From Nitrosopumilaceae archaeon (GTDB lineage Archaea > Thermoproteota > Nitrososphaeria > Nitrososphaerales > Nitrosopumilaceae): 64,000 nucleotides of DNA. Shown here piece after piece: positions 20,907 to 30,192 of this stretch (position 1 is the first letter of the stretch; the number at the start of each line of letters is the position of its first letter). The notes beneath the pieces are model-generated. The model ran no database searches. It saw only the letters and a program-made list of their open reading frames with translations, and was not told the DNA's origin. The translations under genes and the position numbers were made by a program. The stretch is from assembly GCA_965203465.1 (NCBI GenBank), contig CBDBCR010000003.1, positions 448,001 to 512,000 of the forward strand. The letters run 5' to 3'.

Positions 20907-21305
20907 TCACGCACCCAGATCCACGCCCGACCTGACAGAGGCTATTCCCGATTGGCGTGCCGCTTTCAGCATCTTTTTGTCGTCAGTGACCAGCTCCAGC
21001 CCGTGGTGCTTTGCCATTACGACGTATGCGGAATCATAAAACGTCAGCCCGTTGCGGACTAGCGTGTCAGCTACGTCTTCTTCCATGCCGATCACTTTTA
21101 GCGAGCGCATTTGGGATAAAAAATCCAGGCATGTGCGGAGTAGAGACACCGTCTCGCCGTAATCGCCTCTGGGCTTTTTCCACAGTGCGTTGCCAAGCTC
21201 GTACCTCGTAAGATCCAGCACCGCCTGCCCTTGAAAACGAACATGCTGGTCGGATCCGCGGATCAGTATGTTCAAAAACGCGCTAGCGTCGTAGAGTCGA
21301 TCCAT
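20907..21305 (-). CDS. vapC: VapC PIN-domain toxin
   Basis: LYDASA, LTRYELGNALWK, LTFYDSAY and LVTDD. Confidence 0.9.
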   Translation of the reverse strand: MDRLYDASAFLNILIRGSDQHVRFQGQAVLDLTRYELGNALWKKPRGDYGETVSLLRTCLDFLSQMRSLKVIGMEEDVADTLVRNGLTFYDSAYVVMAKHHGLELVTDDKKMLKAARQSGIASVRSGVDLGA

Positions 21306-21306
21306 G

Positions 21307-21783
21307 CTACTCGTCGTCGCGGACTGATCGCACCATCTTTACGATGTCTTCCCCGCTGAGTCTTGGCGCGAACGTGCGCCTAACCCGCTCCAAGTCGGCC
21401 GGATCGACTTCGCGCGGCTTTGGGACGGTTGGGCGGCTGTCGTCGCGTTCGTGCTCGAGCATTTCCAATAGCACGGACTCGCGCCTTTTGTGTGTCTCGA
21501 GATCCGCTTTCAACGACGCGTTCTGGCGTTTCGCTGCGTCGTGGCTGATCTTCTGCGCTCTGAGCTCGCCTTGCAAACGCGCGACCTTTTGTTCCAACAG
21601 TTCAAGGTTCGAGGTACGCAAAAGCCCCGTCTTGAATGCGGGTTTTGGATCAAATTGCGCACGAGAGTCAGGCTCCCCAAAACCGGCCAAGCGTTTTACT
21701 GTCGATTCGCGAACGAATTCTTCCCGGACAGGCTTTGCGTCTGCTGCATATCCTTTCTTTTTCTGGTTGTATGAGAACAACAC
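21307..21783 (-). CDS. Putative antitoxin (coiled coil plus VapB-like C-terminus)
   Basis: Directly upstream of vapC; ends DIVKMVRSVRDDE, typical of archaeal VapB tails. Confidence 0.6.
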   Translation of the reverse strand: MLFSYNQKKKGYAADAKPVREEFVRESTVKRLAGFGEPDSRAQFDPKPAFKTGLLRTSNLELLEQKVARLQGELRAQKISHDAAKRQNASLKADLETHKRRESVLLEMLEHERDDSRPTVPKPREVDPADLERVRRTFAPRLSGEDIVKMVRSVRDDE

Positions 21784-21789
21784 TGCGTA

Positions 21790-22188
21790 TCAACTCCCGT
21801 CCTGCGTAGCGCCGTCCTTTGGAAAGGCATCGGATGTGCATTTTATCTGAAACGCCGTGGCCGTGGATCTCATGTCTTCGAGAATATCATACAGCCGGGC
21901 CTTGTCGCCTTTGTAATCAGACAGCAGCGCACGCAAGTTCTTGGTCACGTTGTCGACCAGCCCAGTCGCGTCGTCCGAAGGAACCGCGTAGGTGTCAAAC
22001 AGCGGGCCGATTTGTGAAAAGACGCCCTCGAGCACCTCGGCGATAAAAACGCCGCGCTTAAAGTCCAACAGCGCGGACAGACGAGTCATGTTTGCGGCGA
22101 CTGTAAAGCACCCCCTAAAGTTGCGCCTGCCTGAAAGGTCCATCATGCTCTGCAAAGACTCCTCGAATGAAACATGGGCGTCCTTCAT
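21790..22188 (-). CDS. Hypothetical helical protein, first gene of a three-gene PIN operon
   Basis: 132-aa ORF, lower GC, TATA-like element at about 22213, 6 bp from the next gene. Confidence 0.65.
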   Translation of the reverse strand: MKDAHVSFEESLQSMMDLSGRRNFRGCFTVAANMTRLSALLDFKRGVFIAEVLEGVFSQIGPLFDTYAVPSDDATGLVDNVTKNLRALLSDYKGDKARLYDILEDMRSTATAFQIKCTSDAFPKDGATQDGS

Positions 22189-22360
22189 ACCCCCGCTGGT
22201 CGAGCCTAGCGCATAAATAGGTTATTTGTCGTCCCAGCCCAAAGGATGCCCGATCGCCGCGGCCGTCTTGGGCGGCGCGGGCCCCGCGCCTCCGCCGCGG
22301 CACCAGGCACGCGGCCTGTCCGGCGCAACTCTTAATTCCGGCCCCCGGCCCCCGCGATCC

Positions 22361-22999
22361 GTGGGCCCGATCAGCGTCGATCAGATGTACCGCATAGAGG
22401 AGGCCGGCCACGCCATGGGCTTCCACAAAAAGTTCATGATGGAAAACGCCGGCGCCGCTGCCGTCCGCCGCCTGACGGAGCGCGCCCCCGTCGAGGGCAG
22501 GAAGATCCAGGTGCTGTGCGGCATGGGCAACAACGGCGGCGACGGCATGGTCATGGCGCGCCACCTTGCCGGCCACGGCGCCGGGGTCTCGCTCTCGCTG
22601 ATGGGCGATCCCAAGGACCTGCGCACCGAAGAGTCGCGCTGGAACTGGTCGCTGCTGGAGCGCATGAAGTCGGTCGAGCTGGAAAAGAGCTACGCGTCGA
22701 GCGCGCCGGACATCATCATAGACGCGATGCTCGGCACCGGCATATCCGGCGCCGTGCGCGAGCCGTACGCGTCGGCGATCTCGCACCTCAACGGCAGCTC
22801 GTGCCTAAAGGTGGCAGTAGACGTGCCCTCCGGCCTCGACCCCCAGACCGGCCAGGCCGCCGATCCGGTCGCCCGCTGCGACATGACGGTCACGTTCCAC
22901 CGCATGAAGGAGGGCATACCCGCAAGGCCCGACCTGACCGGCGCCGTCTACGTCGAGCGCATAGGGATACCGCCCGAGGCCCAAGAGGGGATACTGTGA
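22361..22999 (+). CDS. nnrE: NAD(P)H-hydrate epimerase
   Basis: MMENAG, GMGNNGGDG, DAMLGTG and AVDVPSG. Confidence 0.92.
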   Translation: MGPISVDQMYRIEEAGHAMGFHKKFMMENAGAAAVRRLTERAPVEGRKIQVLCGMGNNGGDGMVMARHLAGHGAGVSLSLMGDPKDLRTEESRWNWSLLERMKSVELEKSYASSAPDIIIDAMLGTGISGAVREPYASAISHLNGSSCLKVAVDVPSGLDPQTGQAADPVARCDMTVTFHRMKEGIPARPDLTGAVYVERIGIPPEAQEGIL

Positions 23000-23604
23000 A
23001 CGTGTACCCGGTGCCGGTGGGCGGCATGCAGAACTTGACGTACGTGCTGGAAGACGAGGCCACCTCCGAGTGCCTGATCCTCGATCCGTCCTGGGACCTC
23101 CACAAGGTAAAGGAGGCCATATCCCTCAATGGCATGAGGCCCTCCAAGATAGTCAACACGCACCACCACTTCGACCACACCACCGGCAACGCCGAGCTTG
23201 CCCGCTACCTCAAGGTGCCCGTCGTGCAGCACGAAGAGTCCCCGCTGCCCCACGACGTGTCCGTGTCCGACGGCGGGCAGGTACGGTTCGGCGGCTCTTC
23301 GCTGCGCGTGTACCACACGCCGGGCCACTCGCGCGACAGCATCTGCCTGGTCGGGGACGGCAGGCTGTTCTCCGGCGACACGCTCTTCGTGGGCAGCTGC
23401 GGCAGGACCGACCTGGAGGGGGGCAGCGCGCGCGAGCTGTACCGCAGCCTGTTCGGCGTGCTGTACAACCTCGACGATTCCCTGGAGGTGCTGCCGGGCC
23501 ACGACTACGGCCCCTCCCCGTCCTCTACGCTGGGCAGGGAAAAGGCCACCAACCCCGTCCTCCAAAAGCGCACCGAGGACGAGTTCGTCGCGATGCTGCG
23601 ATGA
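22996..23604 (+). CDS. Metallo-beta-lactamase fold hydrolase (glyoxalase II-like)
   Basis: THHHFDH, HTPGHS, FSGDTLF and PGHDY. Confidence 0.9.
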   Translation: MNVYPVPVGGMQNLTYVLEDEATSECLILDPSWDLHKVKEAISLNGMRPSKIVNTHHHFDHTTGNAELARYLKVPVVQHEESPLPHDVSVSDGGQVRFGGSSLRVYHTPGHSRDSICLVGDGRLFSGDTLFVGSCGRTDLEGGSARELYRSLFGVLYNLDDSLEVLPGHDYGPSPSSTLGREKATNPVLQKRTEDEFVAMLR

Positions 23605-24662
23605 ACCGGGTCCTCTGCGCCGGGCGGCTCGGCGAGGAGTTCGTCGAGGCGGTGCGCGGCGGCAGGTTTTTGTTCTCGCTGGTGCTCTCGCACACAGAGA
23701 CCTCCTCCATACCCGGGATCACGGCGGCCGGCGCCTCGCCCGAGCTGGTCAGGCTCACGCCGCCGGCGGACGCCGAGTTCATCCACTACGGCCAGTGCCT
23801 CTCGGCCGAGTCGGTGCCCGCCACGCCGGACGGCAAGCCCACCCCGGCCCTGCTCACAAAGGCCGCCCTCGAATCCGCCAGCATACCGCACGTGGCAGTC
23901 GACGCGGGCTGCGCCTCGCCCCCCCGGCTCCCCCACGTGTGGACGGGCCTGCTCCCGGGCGGCAACATACTCGACGGGCCGGCCATGTCCGAGGCCGAGG
24001 CGGTGCGCGCCCTCGACGCCGGCAGGACCGTAGGCAGGATGCTCGCCCCGCTGGCCGACTGCCTCGTGGTGGGCGAGAGCGTGCCGGGCGGCACCACCAC
24101 GGCGCTCGCGGTGCTGCGCGGGCTAGGGTACGGTTCCGCGCGCGTCAGCTCGAGCATGCCGCGCAACCCCTCGAGCCTGAAGGAGGGGGCGGCGCGCGCG
24201 GCCCTCGCGAGGACGAAATCGGAGGATCCCATGGAGGTGGCAGCGCAGGCCGGCGACCCCATGATCCTGTTCGTGGCAGGCATGCTGGGGGCCGCCTCGG
24301 CCGTCACGCGCGTGATGCTCGCCGGCGGCACGCAGATGGCCGCCGTGCTGGCCCTCGCCGGCAGGCTGGGCTACGACGAAAGGCGCGCGGCCGTGGCGGC
24401 CACCCGGTACGTCGCCGAGGACGCCTCGGCCAACCTGGCAGAGACCGTCTCGCGGGTGTCCGGCGCGCCCCTGATAGTCTCGGATCCGGGCCTCGCCTCG
24501 TCCGGGGTGGCCGGCCTGCGCGCCTTTTCGGAGGGGTTCGCCAAGGAGGGCGCCGGCGCCGGCGGCTGCTGCGCGGCGGCCCACCTGCGCGCGGGCGTAA
24601 GCTCTGAAAAGATGAGGGAGGCCGCCGAGGCCGAATACAGGCGCGCGTTCAGCGGACCGTGA
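23601..24662 (+). CDS. cobT: Archaeal CobT-like phosphoribosyltransferase
   Basis: IPGITAAG, PTPALLT, GESVPGGTTTA, LAGGTQM and KEGAGAGG. Confidence 0.88.
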   Translation: MNRVLCAGRLGEEFVEAVRGGRFLFSLVLSHTETSSIPGITAAGASPELVRLTPPADAEFIHYGQCLSAESVPATPDGKPTPALLTKAALESASIPHVAVDAGCASPPRLPHVWTGLLPGGNILDGPAMSEAEAVRALDAGRTVGRMLAPLADCLVVGESVPGGTTTALAVLRGLGYGSARVSSSMPRNPSSLKEGAARAALARTKSEDPMEVAAQAGDPMILFVAGMLGAASAVTRVMLAGGTQMAAVLALAGRLGYDERRAAVAATRYVAEDASANLAETVSRVSGAPLIVSDPGLASSGVAGLRAFSEGFAKEGAGAGGCCAAAHLRAGVSSEKMREAAEAEYRRAFSGP

Positions 24663-26391
24663 CCGACTTTGCCAGGTTGCGCGGATAGTCCGGATCGGCG
24701 TCGCGCTCCAGCGCCGTATAGTAGGCCACCAGCTGCACGGGCACCACCTCGACTATCGGGTACATCTCTTCCTGCACCGCCGGTATCGGCACCCAGTGGT
24801 CGTACGCGTCGCTGGGGCGGTCCGATATCCCCACGATGCGCGCGCCGCGCGCGCGTATCTCGCGCACGCTCGTCATGGTGTCCTGGTACGTCGAATCGGA
24901 CGGGTTGATCGCGATCACGGGGGTGCCGTCCTGGACCAGCGCCAGCGGGCCGTGCTTTAGCTCGCCGCCGGGCACGCCCTCTGCGTGTATGTACGTAAGC
25001 TCCTTTAGTTTCAGGGCCGACTCCGAGGCCGTCGGATAGTGCACGCCGCGGCCCAGCACGTACACGTCCGAGGCGCCGGCCAGCAGCCCCGCCACCGAGC
25101 GCGCCTTGGAGTGGTCCCCCAGAATCTTAGAGGCGGCGGCGGCCGCGCCGGCCAGGTCCGGCCGGAACGCGCCGCCCGAAAGAATCTCGGACATGCGCGC
25201 CACGGCCGCAAGCTGCGCCGTAAAGCTCTTGGTGGCCGCCACCCCTATCTCGGGGCCGCAGCCGAGCGGCACCGTGGCGTCCGATTCGTGCGCGAGCGAG
25301 GACATCATCAGGTTCACCAGCGAGAGCACCCGGGCGCCGGACTTGCGCGCCATGCGCGCCGCGTGCAGCACGTCGGCGCTCTCGCCGCTCTGCGAAAAGG
25401 CCAGCAGCAGCGAGCCGGGGCCGGCCTGCGCCGGATCGTGGGGCAGCTCGCTGGACACGACCGCCTCGGCCGAGACGCCCGCGTGGCGCGCCAGCATGTG
25501 CCTCGCGACCAGCGCCGCGTTGTAGCTCGAGCCGCTGCCCGTGAGCAGCACGCGCGAGGCGGAGCGCACCATGGCCGCCGCCCGCCCCAGATCCGCGCCG
25601 GCCGCAGACAGCGTCCGGGGCTGCTCGGATATCTCCTTTATCGTGTAGTGGGCGTAGTCGCCCTTGTACACGTCGGCGAACTCGCGCGATACGCGCGTGG
25701 CGCGCACCGGCGCCGGCCTCCCGTCGAAGCCGAACGCCTCGAGCCCGCCGCGCACCAGCACAAAGCTTCCGTTGTCGATGTAGACCGCCTCGTCGGTCCC
25801 CTCGATGAACCCGAGCACGTCGCTCGACAGGTAGTGCTCGCCCGACCTGCCCACCCCCACTATCATGGGCTCGTGGAAGCGCGCCGCCGCCAGCGTGCCG
25901 TTGGAGAACAGCGCCGCGAACGCGTAGTGGCCGCGCAGGCGTGCCAGCGTGGAGACCATCGCCTCGCGCTCGTCGCCCGACTCCGAGTAGTGCAGCTGCA
26001 AAAGGTGCGATATGGTCTCGGTGTCCGTCTCGCTCGAAAACTCGCACCCGCGCCCCCGCAGCTCCGAGCGCAGCTGCTCAAAGTTCTCTATTATCCCGTT
26101 GTGCACCACGGCCACCTGCCCGCTCACGTGCGGGTGCGCGTTGGCCTCGGTGATGCCCCCGTGCGAGGCCCAGCGCGTGTGGCCGATGCCGGCGCCGCCC
26201 TCCAGCCCGCCCAGGTCGGCCGAGGCCTCGACCTCGTCCACCTTGCCCACGCCCTTCCGAAGCGAGATCGAGCCGCCGCTCGCGGTCGCCACGCCGACGC
26301 TGTCGTACCCGCGGTACTCCATGCGGCGCAGCCCCTTTACCAGCACGGGCGCGGCGGGCGCCGCGCCGCTAAAGCCGATTATGGAGCACAT
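24649..26391 (-). CDS. glmS: Glutamine-fructose-6-phosphate transaminase
   Basis: N-terminal Cys, YRGYDS, GHTRWA, SQSGE and PRNLAKSVTV. Confidence 0.97.
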   Translation of the reverse strand: MCSIIGFSGAAPAAPVLVKGLRRMEYRGYDSVGVATASGGSISLRKGVGKVDEVEASADLGGLEGGAGIGHTRWASHGGITEANAHPHVSGQVAVVHNGIIENFEQLRSELRGRGCEFSSETDTETISHLLQLHYSESGDEREAMVSTLARLRGHYAFAALFSNGTLAAARFHEPMIVGVGRSGEHYLSSDVLGFIEGTDEAVYIDNGSFVLVRGGLEAFGFDGRPAPVRATRVSREFADVYKGDYAHYTIKEISEQPRTLSAAGADLGRAAAMVRSASRVLLTGSGSSYNAALVARHMLARHAGVSAEAVVSSELPHDPAQAGPGSLLLAFSQSGESADVLHAARMARKSGARVLSLVNLMMSSLAHESDATVPLGCGPEIGVAATKSFTAQLAAVARMSEILSGGAFRPDLAGAAAAASKILGDHSKARSVAGLLAGASDVYVLGRGVHYPTASESALKLKELTYIHAEGVPGGELKHGPLALVQDGTPVIAINPSDSTYQDTMTSVREIRARGARIVGISDRPSDAYDHWVPIPAVQEEMYPIVEVVPVQLVAYYTALERDADPDYPRNLAKSVTVR

Positions 26392-26422
26392 GGACGCGAC
26401 CGCCCCTGCGCGCTAGGCGCGC

Positions 26423-27145
26423 TCATCTGCCCTCGGCCGTATCTGCGCCCCCGGCGCCGGGGGCTTGCGCGTCGGGCGCGGCGCCGCCGTTGGAACCGGC
26501 GGGCGCCGCGCCGGCCGCGCGGCCGGAGCCGGCAGGCGGATCGGCCTCGGTTCTGGAACCGGCGGGCGCCGCCTCGGCGCCTGCCACGTCCCCGTCCGGC
26601 GCCGCGCCGGCGGCCTCCCCGGCGCCGCTCTTGTCCGCGTCGGATCTGTCGCGCACGGCCTTTTGGAATCCCGAGCCGGGCCGCAGCGATATCTGCGGCT
26701 CTTCCTCGAGCGTGACTACGTACGACGGTATGTCCACCCTGCGCTCCCCTATCATCACGTGCCCGTGCACGACGGCCTGCCTCGCCTGGTACGGCGTCCT
26801 GAATCCGAACTTTTTCATCACGACCGTCTGCAGCCGGCGCGCGAGCAGATCCGTCACCTGCAGGCTGAGTATGTCGTCGAGCGTGGATTCGGCGCCCACC
26901 AGGCCGGTGCGCGAGAGCGAGCGCAGCAGTATGGGCTCCTTTTCCCTGCGCACCTCCCTGCCGAGGGCCAGCAGCGAGCGCGCCTGGTGCCTGACGCGCG
27001 ACAGCTCGGTGCGCGCCTTCCACAGCTCCCTCTTTGTCTTTAGCCCGAACTTGCCGAGCGTCTGCAGCTCCTCCATCTTTAGGTCGTAGTTTAGGGGGCG
27101 CTTTGGCTTTTTCCAGACCCTGCGCGGGTACTTTGGATCGCCCAT
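26423..27145 (-). CDS. rps4: 30S ribosomal protein S4 with Ala/Gly/Pro-rich C-terminal tail
   Basis: MGDPKYPRR, GLKTKRELWKA, RRLQT and QARQAVVHGHV. Confidence 0.96.
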   Translation of the reverse strand: MGDPKYPRRVWKKPKRPLNYDLKMEELQTLGKFGLKTKRELWKARTELSRVRHQARSLLALGREVRREKEPILLRSLSRTGLVGAESTLDDILSLQVTDLLARRLQTVVMKKFGFRTPYQARQAVVHGHVMIGERRVDIPSYVVTLEEEPQISLRPGSGFQKAVRDRSDADKSGAGEAAGAAPDGDVAGAEAAPAGSRTEADPPAGSGRAAGAAPAGSNGGAAPDAQAPGAGGADTAEGR

Positions 27146-27149
27146 GCCC

Positions 27150-27680
27150 CTACTCCTTGGCCGGCGCTGCCGCCGGCTCCGACTTTGCGGCCGGCGCTGC
27201 CGGCTGCGGCGAGCTCTTTTGCGGCATGGCCTTGCCGCCCTTTGCCACCCCGACGGCGCCGCCCTTGCGGCCGGACGTGCGCGTGCACTGCCCCCTGACC
27301 TTCAGTCCGAACATGTGGCGGTACCCGCGCCAGCTGCCCGTGATCCTCTCGCGCTCCACGTCGTTGCGCACGGTGAATTCGATGTCCGAAGTTATGATGT
27401 GCTTGTCGCTGCCCGTCTCGACGTCCTTGCGCCGGTTGAGGAACCAGGCGGGGAACCCTGCCGCCGCCGGATCCGTGATTATCCGCTCTATCTTTGAGAC
27501 CTGCTCTTCGGTGAGATCCCCGATGTTCGAGTTGGGCCTGATGTCCAAGGAACGGAGGATCGCGCTGGAAAACATCTGGCCTATCCCGCGCACCTGGGTG
27601 AGGCCCACCAAGGCGTTCCTGTGGCCCGGTATGTCGTTGCCCACTATCCGCACGATGTGCCGGTATTCCTGCGCGCTCAA
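27150..27680 (-). CDS. rps13: 30S ribosomal protein S13
   Basis: [19 protein letters not shown] and GLKVRGQ; TTG start with TTTTTAT upstream. Confidence 0.96.
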   Translation of the reverse strand: MSAQEYRHIVRIVGNDIPGHRNALVGLTQVRGIGQMFSSAILRSLDIRPNSNIGDLTEEQVSKIERIITDPAAAGFPAWFLNRRKDVETGSDKHIITSDIEFTVRNDVERERITGSWRGYRHMFGLKVRGQCTRTSGRKGGAVGVAKGGKAMPQKSSPQPAAPAAKSEPAAAPAKE

Positions 27681-27961
27681 GCGCCAAGCCGCCCCGGATC
27701 CTAGATAAAAACCCTGTCGGCGGGCCCGGTTTGCTCTGGTGTACAAAAAGTATGCCCTGCCCCCCGAGGCCAAAGCCGGGCCTGCGGGGGGCTCGAACGC
27801 GGCGCGCATCCGCCATGTACGGGCGCCTGCCGGGGGCCGATCCGCGCGCGGGCGCGATCGTGGTCGCGGCGGTACTCGGCCGTCGCCCCCATTCCGCCGG
27901 GGCGGCGCGCGCCGCGGGCAGGGCCTGATCCACTCATTAATGCGTCAGAAAGCCCCCGGGC

Positions 27962-28699
27962 GTGGAGGTATGGATGCTGGCGTTCGGCGCGGCCGTCGGC
28001 GTCGTGGGATCCATGATAGGGCTGGGGGGCGGGACCATCATCGTGCCGGTTCTTTCGGCGCTTGGCGTGCCGCCCACGGCGGTCGCCTCGAGCAGCATAT
28101 CGGCGGTGCTCGCCAACGCGGTCGCCTCCACCTCCTCGTACGCCCGGCAGCGCAGGATAGCCTACAGGCACGGCGTCCTGCTCGGCGCGCTGAGCGTGCC
28201 GGGGGCCGTGCTGGGCTCGCTCATAACCGAAAAGGCCGCGCCGGCCGAATTCCACACGATGTTCGCCGTGGTGCTTGCCGGCTCCGGCGTATACGTCGTG
28301 CTAAAGTCCAGGCTGGGCAGAAAGTCCGCCAAGGCGCCGGGCCGCGCGTCGGTAGTGCTGGCAGCCGCGCTCAGCTTTGCGACCGGCATCATGTCCGGGC
28401 TGTTCGGCATCGGCGGCGGCATAGTCTTCATGCCGCTGCTGGTCATAGTGCTGGGCATGGACGTAAAGAGGGCCGCGCCGACCTCGCAGATGATACTGCT
28501 GTTCTCGTCGTCGGCGGGCGCTGCCGCGCACTACGCCCTGGGCCACGCCGATCCGGGCCCGGCGCTGTACCTGGCGGCGGGCGCCTTTGCGGGCGGCCTT
28601 GCAGGCGCGCGCATGTCGCGCCGGGTGGGCGAGGGCCCGCTGCGCTGGGCCGTGGCGGCCGCCGTCTTTAGCGGCGCCGCGGCGATGCTGCTCCTGTAG
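27962..28699 (+). CDS. TauE/SafE family (sulfite exporter-like) membrane protein
   Basis: Duplicated GLGGG/GIGGG motifs and about 8 TM helices. Confidence 0.9.
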   Translation: MEVWMLAFGAAVGVVGSMIGLGGGTIIVPVLSALGVPPTAVASSSISAVLANAVASTSSYARQRRIAYRHGVLLGALSVPGAVLGSLITEKAAPAEFHTMFAVVLAGSGVYVVLKSRLGRKSAKAPGRASVVLAAALSFATGIMSGLFGIGGGIVFMPLLVIVLGMDVKRAAPTSQMILLFSSSAGAAAHYALGHADPGPALYLAAGAFAGGLAGARMSRRVGEGPLRWAVAAAVFSGAAAMLLL

Positions 28700-28743
28700 G
28701 CCGGATCAGAAGTTCTATATACGGCGGCCTTCGGCCGGAGCAC

Positions 28744-28832
28744 AGCGGGGTGGGGAAGTCAGTCGCTTCGGGCTAGGTCATCCCGGCGGGCTCATAACCC
28801 GCAGATCAGTAGTTCAAATCTGCTCCCCGCTA
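28744..28832 (+). tRNA. Initiator tRNA-Met(CAT) with a about 14-nt insertion or intron in the D-loop
   Basis: Acceptor AGCGGGG/CCCCGCT (A1-U72), anticodon stem GCGGG-CTCATAA-CCCGC, T-loop TTCAAAT; TATA (TATATA) at about 28716. Confidence 0.92.
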
Positions 28833-30122
28833 TCAAACAATCCACGGCAGCGACCGGTCGAACCCGAACCGGTTGTACAGGCCGGCGCGCTTTGCCGGCC
28901 GCGTCAGGTGCCGCTGCGCCGAGACGAACGGGAGGTACGTGCCGGCCGACAGCCCGCGCGGCCGGCTCGCGCGCACCCTGGAGGGCGACGAGGTGGCGCA
29001 CCTGCCGCACGCAAAGCCCTGCCCGCGCCCCTTGGACTTCATGCTCTTGCCGCACGCGCCGCAGGACGGGTTTGCCTCGTGCACGTCGGGGGCCAGCCGG
29101 ACCGCCTCGATGAACTCGGCGTTGAGCACGCGCCCCAGGCCCGAGGGCGGGCGCACGCCGCCGCCGACGCGCACCACGTCGCCGGGCAGCAGCATGGAGG
29201 CGGGGCCGCCCAGGCCGCCGGGCTTGTAGGCGGCGCACTCCGTGCGGCCGCCCCCCGAGCTCACCGCGAAGAACACGTGGCCGCCCCTGCCGGTGCGCGG
29301 CGCCGCGCAGACCCGGCCCTCTAGCACGCCCGACGAGTACGGCTCGCTGCGCGGGCCGAGCGCGCGCCGCATGTGGTCGCCGGTCCCCTGGTTGGTTCGG
29401 AACACCATGTGGCCCAGCGGCTCCTCGCCCGTCTCGAGGCCCGCGCGCGCGCGGCACAGCTCGCGCGGGCTCTCGCCGCGCAGCCCGTACAGGACGGGAT
29501 CCGGCCCGCGCGGCGATATTATCTGCCGTTTCCGCTTTTCGTCAAAGCTGCTGAAAGTAGACGCGTGCCCCTCCTGCACGGCCCTCACGCTCTCGGCCGA
29601 TATCCGCCGCGGCGTGCCGGCCATCTCCGGCCTGCGGTAGCAGACAAGCTCGGCGGTGCAGTCGCCGAACCGGTACCCGATGCACGAGAGCGCCCCGACC
29701 AGCCCGCGCCCGCCGCCAAGCGCCAGCGTGCGCGCCCCGCACCCCGAGGCCAGCCGCTCCGCCTCGGACGCATTCACCAGCCCGTGCAGCGCGCGCCGCG
29801 CGAGCCCCTCCAGCTCCGGCGGCCTCGGCCCCTCGCACATGGCAAGGCCCGGGCTGGCCCCGTTTTCCAGGTCCGAGCGGAGCTCCAGCTCCGCCGAGGC
29901 CGCCTCCCACACGGCCCCGGGGTCCGCATCGACGGTGATGGAGACGGCCCCGTTGCCGCGCGTCTTCCACGGCACGTTGGGGTTGAGGCGCACCAGCCGC
30001 GGATAGTCGCGGAATTCGGCGCCGGCCTTTCGCAGGCGCCGCGCCAGCGAGTACGCAAGGTACGTGGTGCACATGCCCCTGACCGAATCGGTGTCGTCCA
30101 TCCCCACGTGCAGCAGCGCCAC
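28833..30122 (-). CDS. tiaS: tRNA(Ile2) 2-agmatinylcytidine synthetase
   Basis: GMDDTDS, GMCTTY, LNPNVPWKTRGNG, TNQGT and C-terminal zinc ribbon. Confidence 0.95.
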   Translation of the reverse strand: MALLHVGMDDTDSVRGMCTTYLAYSLARRLRKAGAEFRDYPRLVRLNPNVPWKTRGNGAVSITVDADPGAVWEAASAELELRSDLENGASPGLAMCEGPRPPELEGLARRALHGLVNASEAERLASGCGARTLALGGGRGLVGALSCIGYRFGDCTAELVCYRRPEMAGTPRRISAESVRAVQEGHASTFSSFDEKRKRQIISPRGPDPVLYGLRGESPRELCRARAGLETGEEPLGHMVFRTNQGTGDHMRRALGPRSEPYSSGVLEGRVCAAPRTGRGGHVFFAVSSGGGRTECAAYKPGGLGGPASMLLPGDVVRVGGGVRPPSGLGRVLNAEFIEAVRLAPDVHEANPSCGACGKSMKSKGRGQGFACGRCATSSPSRVRASRPRGLSAGTYLPFVSAQRHLTRPAKRAGLYNRFGFDRSLPWIV

Positions 30123-30192
30123 GCCCGGCCCCGCAAAAGCCGGAATTTGTGGCTTCGCGTGGTTTAAATTCAAAACCGCGCGCGCCCGCGGC

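Noticed and set aside
28744-28832. tRNA-Ile2(CAT), the substrate of adjacent TiaS
   Set aside because: A1-U72 pair and consecutive G-C pairs in the anticodon stem identify initiator tRNA-Met
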